A DNA stretch of 64,000 nt from Spirochaetia bacterium (GTDB lineage Bacteria; Spirochaetota; Spirochaetia; UBA9216): NCBI GenBank assembly GCA_963677925.2, contig CAXXYH010000001.1, positions 64,001-128,000 on the forward strand. The letters run 5' to 3'. This document shows, piece by piece, positions 1-9,261 of this stretch. Position 1 is the stretch's first letter, and each line of letters begins with the position of its first letter. The position numbers and the translations under genes were made by a program. A model generated the notes under the pieces. That model worked only from the letters and a program-made list of their open reading frames with translations. It was not told the origin of the DNA and did no database searches.

Positions 1-1368
1 GCAGTTCTCTTCAGCTGTACTCAGCTGCTTTCTGCAGAGGATTCTTTGAAACTCACACCTGAAAGCCTATATAAATCGGCTGTTGAAAATAACATCAGTC
101 TTATTCAGCTGGGAATTGAGAAGATGCAGTCTGAAGCCGATCTTAAAAAGGCAAAAGCCGCACGCTTTCCGACGGTGGATTTTCAGACAACCATGACATA
201 TATGACCAATCCCATGATCGAGCCTATAACTCTTACCGCAGGAGAACTGGGAAGCTATAGTACCGGCGGAAGCGATATTCTTCTTCCTTCTGAAGATATG
301 GTTATATACAAGGGTTCGGAAAATACCCATTATAATTTTCAGTTTACATTTGATCAGCCCGTTTTCACCTGGGGTAAAATAAAGAATATGGAGCTTCTGT
401 ACAGTTCTATCAATGAAACAAGCGGACTGCAGCTTCAGAAGAAACAGCATGAGATACGCACAAGCCTCTATATTTACTCATATGTTCTTTATTACATCAG
501 CTTGATTGAAGATACTCTGAAGATGCAGAAATCGGTTTCAGAACGGATGATTGAAATAGCTGATGAATCATACAAAAACGGATTTATACTCTATGCCGAT
601 CTTCTGGATGCCCGGATTAAAGCAAGCGAGATTAATGTGGCGGAGGCTCAGCTTAAACAGCAGCGGGAACAGACCCTGCTTCAGCTGGCAAGGCTTTCCG
701 GAATAAAGGATATTTCTGCCCAGGACTTTGATTTTGATTTCATCAGTGAAATAAACAGTCTTGAAGTTCCCGGACGGGATGAATGTATGAAAAGCTCACT
801 ATCAAACAGTCCAGATATTCAGCTTCTGACAAGAGTAAAAAGAATAAATGAATTAAAATTAGATATCAGCCGGGCTTCTACAGGGTTTAAACCTGATATC
901 GGGCTGCATTTTGAACTTTCATATTCGGGTTCGCGATTTCCTTTTATTGAAACAGACTGGTTCGGTCAGGATTCACTTGGGCTGACATCAACCATTGCAG
1001 TTTCAGGAAATGTTTTTGACGGAGGAAGCGCTCTTGCAGATGCCCAAAAAGACAGCTATGAGCTGGAGAAAGCCATGTACGATTATGAAGACGGTGTTGA
1101 TTCAATCAGACAGTATATTTCAGAAACTCTGCTCAAGCTTGAGCTAAACAGAAGGAATATTGAATATCACCGTCTGAAACAGGAAAACGATAGCCTTCAG
1201 ATTGGTATAAAAAATACTCAGTTTACAGCCGGATCCGGAGATGAAACAGATTTGCTCGAAGAGGAATTAAACCTGTATACCGACAGGATATCGGAATACA
1301 GGGAGTCAATCGATTTTTATACCAATTATTACTCCCTTTACGGTGCCTATGCTTTACCTGAGTTTTGA
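1..1368 (+). CDS. TolC-family outer membrane efflux protein (5' truncated by window)
   Basis: Frame is open from base 1 (AVLFSCTQLLSAEDSLKL, signal-peptide-like). Two OEP-like repeats (ARFPTVDF...FDQPVFTWG; FKPDIGL...GNVFDGG) with coiled-coil helices. Confidence 0.8.
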   Translation, partial: AVLFSCTQLLSAEDSLKLTPESLYKSAVENNISLIQLGIEKMQSEADLKKAKAARFPTVDFQTTMTYMTNPMIEPITLTAGELGSYSTGGSDILLPSEDMVIYKGSENTHYNFQFTFDQPVFTWGKIKNMELLYSSINETSGLQLQKKQHEIRTSLYIYSYVLYYISLIEDTLKMQKSVSERMIEIADESYKNGFILYADLLDARIKASEINVAEAQLKQQREQTLLQLARLSGIKDISAQDFDFDFISEINSLEVPGRDECMKSSLSNSPDIQLLTRVKRINELKLDISRASTGFKPDIGLHFELSYSGSRFPFIETDWFGQDSLGLTSTIAVSGNVFDGGSALADAQKDSYELEKAMYDYEDGVDSIRQYISETLLKLELNRRNIEYHRLKQENDSLQIGIKNTQFTAGSGDETDLLEEELNLYTDRISEYRESIDFYTNYYSLYGAYALPEF

Positions 1369-2273
1369 TTGAAATAATGGTTTCCCGCAGGGTTATATAT
1401 CAATTTTAAGGCTCCGGGTATTATTCTGATATCGAAAGCATCAGAAAAAATCAGCTCACCGTCTAGGTGGGCAGCAACTTTCTGTGAGAACGTCAGCTTA
1501 AGTGTTGATGCCCTGAAGTACTCAATCAGCGGATCTGCAATATGAGTACCCTTGGGAACCTGGGTCAGTATAGACATTCGCTTCATCAGTTTCAAAGGGT
1601 TGATATGCAGCACGTCAAGAAGTCCGTCATCGGCAATGGCTTCCGGGGTGAGGAAGAAATTACCTGCAAAACGCCGGCCTATCGAACAGGTGGTCATAAA
1701 ACATTTTTCTGTCGTTGAGCTGCCGTCTCTGGTAAATGTAAGTTCCCGCTCTTTATATCCAAGCAGTGTTTTTACTATGTAGTAATTATACTTTGCCCGG
1801 CTGATGCGTCCGGTTCTAAGGCGATCTTCGGTCACAGCCGCTGTCATTTCTGCATCAAAGCCTATACCCATTCCGTTGAAAAATGGATTTCCGTTACAGT
1901 CTCCAACATCTACAGCTTTTGCCTCGGCATTAAGGAAGGTCTCCCATTCAAACTGTTCGAAAACGTCGCTGAATCCGCTGATCTGCATAAAATCATTTCC
2001 GGTGCCGGTGGGAACTACCCCGAGAATTATATCATTACCAAGAGCCGCCTTTGCTGCCTCATTAAAAGTGCCGTCTCCGCCTGCAACTGCTATGTGAGTA
2101 ATCCCCTTGTTTATCATTTCTTCTGCAAGCTGGGTTGCATGACCGGGCTGCTCTGTAAATTTAATCACTGCGGAATCATCTATTCTGTTGAATTTTTTCA
2201 TTATAACCTGACGTTTATCGTCAGAAAGTCCGCCGCCTGCTGCCGGATTTATTATTACACCCCATTTTGCCAT
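1347..2273 (-). CDS. Diacylglycerol/lipid kinase, YegS/BmrU family
   Basis: NPAAG, GGDGT, GTGNDF and LDGE motifs. Confidence 0.9.
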   Translation of the reverse strand: MAKWGVIINPAAGGGLSDDKRQVIMKKFNRIDDSAVIKFTEQPGHATQLAEEMINKGITHIAVAGGDGTFNEAAKAALGNDIILGVVPTGTGNDFMQISGFSDVFEQFEWETFLNAEAKAVDVGDCNGNPFFNGMGIGFDAEMTAAVTEDRLRTGRISRAKYNYYIVKTLLGYKERELTFTRDGSSTTEKCFMTTCSIGRRFAGNFFLTPEAIADDGLLDVLHINPLKLMKRMSILTQVPKGTHIADPLIEYFRASTLKLTFSQKVAAHLDGELIFSDAFDIRIIPGALKLIYNPAGNHYFNQNSGKA

Positions 2274-2275
2274 AA

Positions 2276-3037
2276 TTATCCCTCTGTTCTTTTACTGTAT
2301 CGGTATTCAGATTCTACAGCCTCTTTTACTTTGAGAGCAATTTCAGAATCTGATAATTCCAAAAGTTTATCGGCCTCCAGCGGGCGGCCGATTACTATTT
2401 CAAGCTGTTCAGTAGTGTTTATATGTCTTTGATATTTTGATTTCCAGTAATACAGCCCATTAATTGTTATCGGCAGAACATCAGTTTCTGATTCTCTTAA
2501 AATACGGATAAACCCTTTTCTGAAATCTGCAATGCTGCCGTCGTCTGTTCTGGTTCCTTCGGGAAACATCAGGATAACCAGGCCCTCATTTGAACGTTCT
2601 GCGGCCAGTCTGATAGCTTCAAGGCTTTTTCGCCAGCTTGACGGTTCAATAGGTATATATTTAAGCCTTTTCAGCATTATATTGAAAAGAGGAAGATGCA
2701 GCAGTTTCTCACGTCCCACCCAGGCTCCGTTGGGAATTACAGTCATTACAGCAGGAATATCAAGATAGCTGGTGTGATTCATGACTGCTATGTAGGATTT
2801 TCCCTTTTCTATATAATTCCTGTTTGTAATATGCAGCCTTCTCCCCATGCTCCAGAAAAGTGAATGAGCCCAGAATTTCAGCAGGAGCCTGTTCAGGGCA
2901 TCGAATCTCAAGAGGGAAAATAAAATTACGGGTATGAGCATGATCATTGTAAAAACATAGTGAAGGCAGTAATGGATGAGGGTCGGTAGTATTTCTCTGA
3001 TTAAAAGAGTTTTCAAGTCACGATTTTTATTTCTCAT
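2276..3037 (-). CDS. plsC: 1-acyl-sn-glycerol-3-phosphate acyltransferase (PlsC family)
   Basis: NHTSYLD (HX4D) and FPEGTR motifs; N-terminal TM segment. Confidence 0.85.
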   Translation of the reverse strand: MRNKNRDLKTLLIREILPTLIHYCLHYVFTMIMLIPVILFSLLRFDALNRLLLKFWAHSLFWSMGRRLHITNRNYIEKGKSYIAVMNHTSYLDIPAVMTVIPNGAWVGREKLLHLPLFNIMLKRLKYIPIEPSSWRKSLEAIRLAAERSNEGLVILMFPEGTRTDDGSIADFRKGFIRILRESETDVLPITINGLYYWKSKYQRHINTTEQLEIVIGRPLEADKLLELSDSEIALKVKEAVESEYRYSKRTEG

Positions 3038-3109
3038 TATGCTATATAGAATATATGGGTAACTGCAGTCTTTTGCAAGCTAAAACTTTTTCGGTATTAT
3101 TTATAATAT

Positions 3110-4243
3110 TCAGCCGGAAAAGTTGTCATCGGCAAGCTGTTCGTTAACAGCCCAGAATTCTTCAAAATTTTCAATAAGAATATCGACAAGCACAGGATCA
3201 AAGTGTCTCCCTCTTTCTTCTTCAAAAAGGTCAAACACACGTTCCTTGTCCCAGGCGTCTTTGTATACCCTCGAATTGGATATAGCATCAAAAACATCAG
3301 CCACAGCTGTAATTCGGCCGTAAAGGCTTATATCTTCTCCCTTAAGACCCTTCGGATATCCGCTTCCGTCCCATTTTTCATGATGCTGAAGAGCAATTTC
3401 TGCAGCTGCCTTGAATATCTGACGTTCCGAATGATTAAGCATGTCAAATCCGATAAAGGTATGGCTTTTCATCCTCTGCTTTTCTTCTTCTGTAAGAGGT
3501 CCGGGTTTAAGCAGTATTTCATCAGGTATTGCAATCTTGCCTATATCATGCAGCGGTGAAGCTGTTTTCAGCAGTACCGCATCCTGTTCCTTTAATCCGT
3601 AATGGAGGGCCAGAATCCGCGAAAATTCAGAAACACGCTTTACGTGATTACCGGTCTCCTTTGATCTCATTTCACCTGCTTCAGCAAGTGCAAAAATCAT
3701 TTCCTTGAATGAGCTTTCTGTTTCCTCCTGAAGGAGAACAGCTTCAAGCTGGTTACCGGCATAACTTGCTGCAAGAACAAGTCTTTCCTGATCTTCCCTG
3801 GTAAATTCCTTCTGCTCTGTGAGGCTGTTTAAAACCTGAACTACACCAATCATTTTACCATGGCTGTCTTTTATCGGCAGGGCAATAATTCCGTAGGTAT
3901 GGTAGCCGGTTTTCTGATCAACCTCCTTATCGAATCTGTCATCAGAATAAGGATCGTTTATTATTAATGGTTCGCCCGTTGTTGCAACTACACCGGCAAT
4001 ACCCTTCTCGAGAGGTATTTCTATCCTGTCGACCCCGTGTGCGACTATAGTCCAGAGAATTCTGCTTCTTTCATCAATAAGCCAAACGGTACAGCGGTCT
4101 GCACATACAATATCCCTGCCGAAGTCGGCAATGACATTGAGAATCCTGTCTACGCTTCTTTCTTTTGCAATGCGTTTCAGGTAATCAAAGATAATATCGA
4201 GCAGACGCTCTGCGCTTGGGCGTTCAACAAATGAATGTTCCAT
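3110..4243 (-). CDS. GAF + HD-GYP cyclic dinucleotide phosphodiesterase
   Basis: GAF-like N-terminus (GIAGVVATTGEPLII..DPYSDDRF); HDIGK, HHEKWDGSGYP and ADVFDA motifs. Confidence 0.9.
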   Translation of the reverse strand: MEHSFVERPSAERLLDIIFDYLKRIAKERSVDRILNVIADFGRDIVCADRCTVWLIDERSRILWTIVAHGVDRIEIPLEKGIAGVVATTGEPLIINDPYSDDRFDKEVDQKTGYHTYGIIALPIKDSHGKMIGVVQVLNSLTEQKEFTREDQERLVLAASYAGNQLEAVLLQEETESSFKEMIFALAEAGEMRSKETGNHVKRVSEFSRILALHYGLKEQDAVLLKTASPLHDIGKIAIPDEILLKPGPLTEEEKQRMKSHTFIGFDMLNHSERQIFKAAAEIALQHHEKWDGSGYPKGLKGEDISLYGRITAVADVFDAISNSRVYKDAWDKERVFDLFEEERGRHFDPVLVDILIENFEEFWAVNEQLADDNFSG

Positions 4244-4363
4244 GTTCCTATTTAGAAAGATACTATAAACAAGGTTAAAATCAAAGTCTTTTACTTATTT
4301 TTTTTTATTTCAATTCATCTTAAATGTCTCTAAATGTCTATTATAATACCTTAAAGTACACTA

Positions 4364-4392
4364 TTGACAAAGTGTGTATGCATACATATTCT
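4364..4392 (+). promoter_or_regulatory. Sigma70 promoter with palindromic operator in the spacer
   Basis: TTGACA (4364-4369), 17 bp, TATTCT (4387-4392). Perfect palindrome TGTATGCATACA at 4375-4386. Confidence 0.65.
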
Positions 4393-4410
4393 TTATCTCA
4401 GGAGGGATAC

Positions 4411-5304
4411 ATGAAACTGTCATCTCTAATTGAAAAAGAATATATAATCACCGGTAGCAAGGCAGAAACCCGGGAAGACGTTATCAGGGAAGCTATCGGA
4501 CAGCTTTATCAATTCAGATCACTGTCTATAAGCAAAAAAGATGCTATTGATGCAATAATGGAGCGTGATACTCTGGGAGGCACCGTATTCCCAACCGGGA
4601 TGGCGATTCCCCATGCAAGACTGAAGGATTTTGAAGATCTTGTTATTATGATGGTCCTGCCGAAGACCCCAATAAGGGTTGAGGATGTTGATGTAAGCTG
4701 CTTTGTTATCATGCTTACATCTCTGAGTGTTTCTAATACCTATCTTCAGGTGCTTGCTTCATTTTCAAAAATGTCTACCGACAGGGAATTTTATACACAG
4801 ATGATTGCCTGCAGTACAGTAGATGATATTCACCGTCAGCTTTCAACAATTTATATCAAAAAAGATCTTACAGTTGAAGACATAATGATAACTGATTTCA
4901 ATTCAATCAAGCCGGAAAATACTATCAAAGAGCTTATTGATATCTTCTACAAGGAAAGGACAAGCTACCTTCCGGTTGTGGACAGCAGCAAAAATTTTCT
5001 GGGTGAAGTCCGGATTAACGACTTAATTGCAATAGGTATTCCCCAGTACGCTGTTTCGATAGGAAGCCTGAGTTTTCTGTCTAATTTTGAACCCTTTGAA
5101 AAGCTGCTTCGAGAGGAGGAAAACATTCTCACCAGGGATGTAATGAAAAAGCCCGCAGAAAAACTAAAACCGGGAGCTTCTGTTATTGAGGCTGCATTGA
5201 AAATGACTAAAGGCGGTTTAAGACATCTGCCGGTTATTCAGGACGGGAAGATTGTAGGAATTCTTAACATCATGGACATACTAACAAAGGTTTTAAGGAG
5301 GTAG
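4411..5304 (+). CDS. PTS EIIA (Ntr/Fru-type) domain fused to a CBS pair
   Basis: SD GGAGG before ATG 4411. MAIPHAR phospho-His motif; C-terminal CBS repeats (VEDIM...LPVVD...GEV; DVM...RHLPV...GIL). Confidence 0.85.
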   Translation: MKLSSLIEKEYIITGSKAETREDVIREAIGQLYQFRSLSISKKDAIDAIMERDTLGGTVFPTGMAIPHARLKDFEDLVIMMVLPKTPIRVEDVDVSCFVIMLTSLSVSNTYLQVLASFSKMSTDREFYTQMIACSTVDDIHRQLSTIYIKKDLTVEDIMITDFNSIKPENTIKELIDIFYKERTSYLPVVDSSKNFLGEVRINDLIAIGIPQYAVSIGSLSFLSNFEPFEKLLREEENILTRDVMKKPAEKLKPGASVIEAALKMTKGGLRHLPVIQDGKIVGILNIMDILTKVLRR

Positions 5305-5308
5305 CATC

Positions 5309-6586
5309 ATGAGTATACTTGCAATTGCCGGTATTGTTATTTTCACTGCGATATTCATCATGATATCCCTCGAAAAAATTAATCAGACCATTCTGGCGCT
5401 TCTTGGTGCCGTTATTTTTATAATTGCCGGAATAATTGACCAGGAGACTGCTTTTTCTGAAGTTGACTGGAATGTAATTTTTCTTCTTATAGGAATGATG
5501 GTAATTGTCGGAATCACAAAGAACTCAGGAATCTTCCAATATGCAGCAATAGTTACCGCAAAAGCAGTAAAGGGTGACCCCTTTAAAATACTGCTTCTTT
5601 TTGCCTTTCTGAGCGCTATCTTCTCGGCAATACTGGATAATGTAACTACGGTTTTAATTCTTACACCGGTAACCATACTCATTGCTGTTGAGCTCGGGGT
5701 CGATCCGGTTCCATTTGTAATAACCAGTGCTATTGCCTCAAATATCGGCGGTACCGCTACACTTATTGGTGATCCTCCGAATATTATGATAGGAAGTGCC
5801 GCAGATTTCGGGTTTCTTGATTTTATTGTAACACTGGGGCCTATTGTAGTGATCAACTTTATAATCCTCTGCGTTATTTTATATTTTCTCTTCAGCAAGA
5901 AGCTGAAGGTAAGTATCGAAAGACGAGCCAGAATTATGGAATTTGATGAAAGACAGTCAATTAAGGACAAGGGGCTTTTGATAAAATCGCTTACAGTAAT
6001 AGGTCTTGTAATTGCAGCCTTCCTTCTGCACGATTTAATAGGAATAAAGCCGGCCACTATAGCACTCTGCGGGGCTGCTGTACTTATGCTTCTTGCCGGC
6101 GGAGAGGAAGTGGATAAATACTTTCATGAGGTTGAATGGGGTACTATATTTTTCTTCATAGGTCTGTTTATCATGGTAGGAGGACTGGTTGAACTTGGTG
6201 TTATAGGAAAACTTTCGCAGGGACTTCTATCGCTTACTGAGGGCAATATTCCGCTTACCTCACAGCTTACACTCTGGTTTTCGGGCTTCATATCTACAAT
6301 TGTGAATAATATCCCCTACGTTGCAACCATGGTACCGCTGGTAGAGCATATGGGTGAGACTCTTGGGCCGGATGCAGTTAACCCTGTATGGTGGTCGCTT
6401 GCTCTCGGTTCCTGTCTCGGCGGTAACGGAACACTTATAGGAGCTTCCGCCAATGTCGTGGGTGCGGGAATTGCCGGGAAAAACGGATACAGGATTTCGT
6501 TCTTTGAGTTCACTAAGTACGGAGCCTTCATAACCCTTATAACTCTCGGGGCATCAAGCCTGTATATTCATCTGCTTTTCAGATAA
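5309..6586 (+). CDS. ArsB/NhaD (SLC13/P-protein-like) ion transporter
   Basis: Multi-TM protein; LDNVTTVL, SNIGGTATLIGDPPN and GGNGTLIGASAN motifs. Confidence 0.9.
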   Translation: MSILAIAGIVIFTAIFIMISLEKINQTILALLGAVIFIIAGIIDQETAFSEVDWNVIFLLIGMMVIVGITKNSGIFQYAAIVTAKAVKGDPFKILLLFAFLSAIFSAILDNVTTVLILTPVTILIAVELGVDPVPFVITSAIASNIGGTATLIGDPPNIMIGSAADFGFLDFIVTLGPIVVINFIILCVILYFLFSKKLKVSIERRARIMEFDERQSIKDKGLLIKSLTVIGLVIAAFLLHDLIGIKPATIALCGAAVLMLLAGGEEVDKYFHEVEWGTIFFFIGLFIMVGGLVELGVIGKLSQGLLSLTEGNIPLTSQLTLWFSGFISTIVNNIPYVATMVPLVEHMGETLGPDAVNPVWWSLALGSCLGGNGTLIGASANVVGAGIAGKNGYRISFFEFTKYGAFITLITLGASSLYIHLLFR

Positions 6587-6637
6587 CAGCAATAAAATTG
6601 TTTCATAACCGGGCTTATGCTGTATAATTATCCTGTT

Positions 6638-7378
6638 ATGAAACATACCGCTGCTTTTTTCGATATCGACGGGACCCTCTACAGGGATTCCCTGATGATT
6701 GAACATTTTAAAAAACTGCTGAAATATGAAGTTCTTGACGAATCCCTCTGGCACAGTAATGTTAAACACACCTATGAAAACTGGAAAAAACGCCGGGGAA
6801 ATTATGATGATTATCTGCTTGAACTTTCCGCTATCTATGTTGAATCGCTCAAGGGGCTTGAAAAATCCAAGATGGATTTTGTCACAGATCAGGTGATCAA
6901 GCTTAAGGGTGACAAGGTTTATATGTATACCCGGAATAAAATCAGGGAACATAAAAAGTCGGGACACTATGTATTCTTTATATCGGGAAGTCCCGATTAC
7001 CTTGTTCACAGAATGGCTAAAAGGTATGGAATTACCGAATGCGCAGGAACAAAATACCATGTTGATGAAAAAGGCAGATACACTGGTGAGGTAAGTGCCA
7101 TGTGGGATGCCGGCAACAAGGAAAAAGCTATCAACGGATTCTGTGAAAAATATGATATCGATCTTTCCCAAAGCTATGCCTATGGTGATACCAATGGAGA
7201 TCTTTCCATGTTCAGAATGGTCGGACACCCGGTAGCAATCAACCCGACCCGTGAACTTATTCAGAACCTTAAAAACGATGAGGACCTGTCCGGGAAGGTG
7301 AAAATAAGGCTTGAAAGAAAGGATGTTATATATAAACTTGATTCAGCGGTTGATATTTTCTATCCTGAAATAGATTAA
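6638..7378 (+). CDS. HAD-IB family hydrolase (SerB-like)
   Basis: FFDIDGTL, ISGS, K and YGDTNGD motifs; ATG 6638 is the likely start. Confidence 0.85.
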   Translation: MKHTAAFFDIDGTLYRDSLMIEHFKKLLKYEVLDESLWHSNVKHTYENWKKRRGNYDDYLLELSAIYVESLKGLEKSKMDFVTDQVIKLKGDKVYMYTRNKIREHKKSGHYVFFISGSPDYLVHRMAKRYGITECAGTKYHVDEKGRYTGEVSAMWDAGNKEKAINGFCEKYDIDLSQSYAYGDTNGDLSMFRMVGHPVAINPTRELIQNLKNDEDLSGKVKIRLERKDVIYKLDSAVDIFYPEID

Positions 7379-7394
7379 AAACGGAGTAAATATT

Positions 7395-8355
7395 ATGAAA
7401 CCAATCAGCTGTATCGGTGAACTGCTTATAGATTTTATATGTACTGATATTGATTCGAGTCTTTCTGAAGGCATTAATTTCAAGAAAATGGCCGGCGGCG
7501 CCCCTGCAAATGTTACAGCCGCCATTGCAAAGCTCGGAGGCCGGGCGGCTTTTATAGGAGCCGTGGGAGCAGACCCATTTGGAATATTTCTGGAAAAAAC
7601 CATAAAGGAGGTCGGTGTTGATACATCCATGATGAAATTCAGCACTGAGCAGTCCACTACCCTTGCTTTTGTTTCATTGAAAGCAAGCGGTGAACGCGAT
7701 TTTGTATTCAACCGCGGTGCCGATGCAGAACTTCTGATGAATGATATCGATACAGATAAAATAGAAAATTCAGCTCTTGTCCATTTCGGTTCTGCAACAG
7801 GTTTTCTTGATGGAAGTCTGAAGTCAACATATTCGGAGCTTCTTGATTTCTGCATAGAAAACAGCATCTACATATCATTTGATCCGAACTACCGGACTGA
7901 TCTCTGGAAAGGCCGGGATGAAGAGTTTAAAAAATCTTCAGAACATTTCATCAGCAGGGCTGATCTGATAAAACTAAGTGATGATGAGCTTAAATTTCTT
8001 ACCGGAACTGATGATATAGAACCGGCTGTGAAGTCGCTTGATGTGAAAAAAACTGCAGTGGTTATGATAACTCTCGGAAGCCGGGGGTACTTACATTTAT
8101 TCTGCAGCTTCCGGTGAAAGTACAATTGTTGAGAGCATCAAAATTAAGTCAATTGACTCTACAGGCGCAGGGGACGCATTTACCGGAGCTGTTTTGTACC
8201 GGATTGCTTTGGATGATAATCCCTTTGACTATTTGTCTGATTTCAACCGGGTGAAGGAGGTTACAGCCTTCGCAAATAAAGTCGGTGCGGTCGTCTGTAC
8301 AAAAATAGGTGCGATTGCCTCACTGCCGAATTTGAATGAGGTCAACAGTCTCTAG
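7395..8355 (+). pseudogene. PfkB-family carbohydrate kinase (fructokinase-like), frameshifted
   Basis: GGAPANV and FDPNYR lie in the first frame, which ends at 8117. The essential DSTGAGDAF motif and C-terminus lie in another frame ending at TAG 8353-8355. The shift falls at a G5 run (8083-8087). Could be a sequencing error. Confidence 0.75.
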
Positions 8356-8368
8356 GCTCTAAAAGATA

Positions 8369-9220
8369 TTAATCTGATGCAGACTGTTCTGCATCGGGAA
8401 CATCAAAAGTAAGCGGACAGATTTTTCCGTCCCTGATTTCTGAAAGCAGAATCTTGCAGGCTCTTTCGGTATCAACTACTCCGCCTTTCAGCAGAAATCC
8501 TCTATTCCTGCCTATCTCTTCGATCAGCAGTTCCGTTTTTTCAGGTATTGATTCAAGCCTGAATCTTGACTTCAGTTCCTCCGGATACAATTCAGCCATG
8601 ATATCCGCAGCCCTGAAGGCAATATCATATATGTCGAGGATTGTATCCTTGATAGAACCTAGAATTGCAAGTTTGTAGCCTATTTCTGGTTCAAATTTAT
8701 GCCAAAGCAGACCGGGCGTGTCGATAAGGGTGAAGTCGTTTGAGAGAACAATCCTCTGAAAATCTTTGGTATGTCCCGGCTTGTTCTGAACAGAGGCTTT
8801 TTTCTGTTTCTTCAGGCGGTTGACCAGTGTCGATTTACCGACATTGGGAATTCCCGCTATCATAGCATTTATCTTTGTCCTGTTTCCGCCGGTACGGCTG
8901 CTGTCGACAATTTTTCTGCATAGGGGCACTATCGAATTGTAGGATGCAGGCTGGGTTGTGGAAACGCGGACTATATCTGTATAAGATTCTTTTAGACGGC
9001 GATACCAGGCTTCGGAACTTTCCGGATCCGCAAGGTCTGTTTTATTCAGAATAATTATATGCGGTTTTCCGCTTGTTATTTCATGCAGAAGGGGGTTTCT
9101 GCTGGATTCCGGAATCCTTGCGTCTATTACTTCAAGAATTATATCGATGCGGTTCATCTGCTCAGAGATGAGACGCTTAGTCCTGTTCATATGTCCGGGG
9201 AACCAGTTAATATTTGCCAT
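8369..9220 (-). CDS. rbgA: Ribosome biogenesis GTPase RbgA/YlqF
   Basis: INWFPGHM, NKTD, GIPNVGKS and DTPG motifs (circularly permuted GTPase). Confidence 0.95.
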   Translation of the reverse strand: MANINWFPGHMNRTKRLISEQMNRIDIILEVIDARIPESSRNPLLHEITSGKPHIIILNKTDLADPESSEAWYRRLKESYTDIVRVSTTQPASYNSIVPLCRKIVDSSRTGGNRTKINAMIAGIPNVGKSTLVNRLKKQKKASVQNKPGHTKDFQRIVLSNDFTLIDTPGLLWHKFEPEIGYKLAILGSIKDTILDIYDIAFRAADIMAELYPEELKSRFRLESIPEKTELLIEEIGRNRGFLLKGGVVDTERACKILLSEIRDGKICPLTFDVPDAEQSASD

Positions 9221-9261
9221 TATTTCTCCGGGATCATTATAAACAAAACATTTAGTGTTAA

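Noticed and set aside
5383-7867. Long antisense ORFs (5383-6057, 6554-7228, 7343-7867) and similar shadow ORFs elsewhere
   Set aside because: They lie opposite well-supported genes and have no recognisable motifs.
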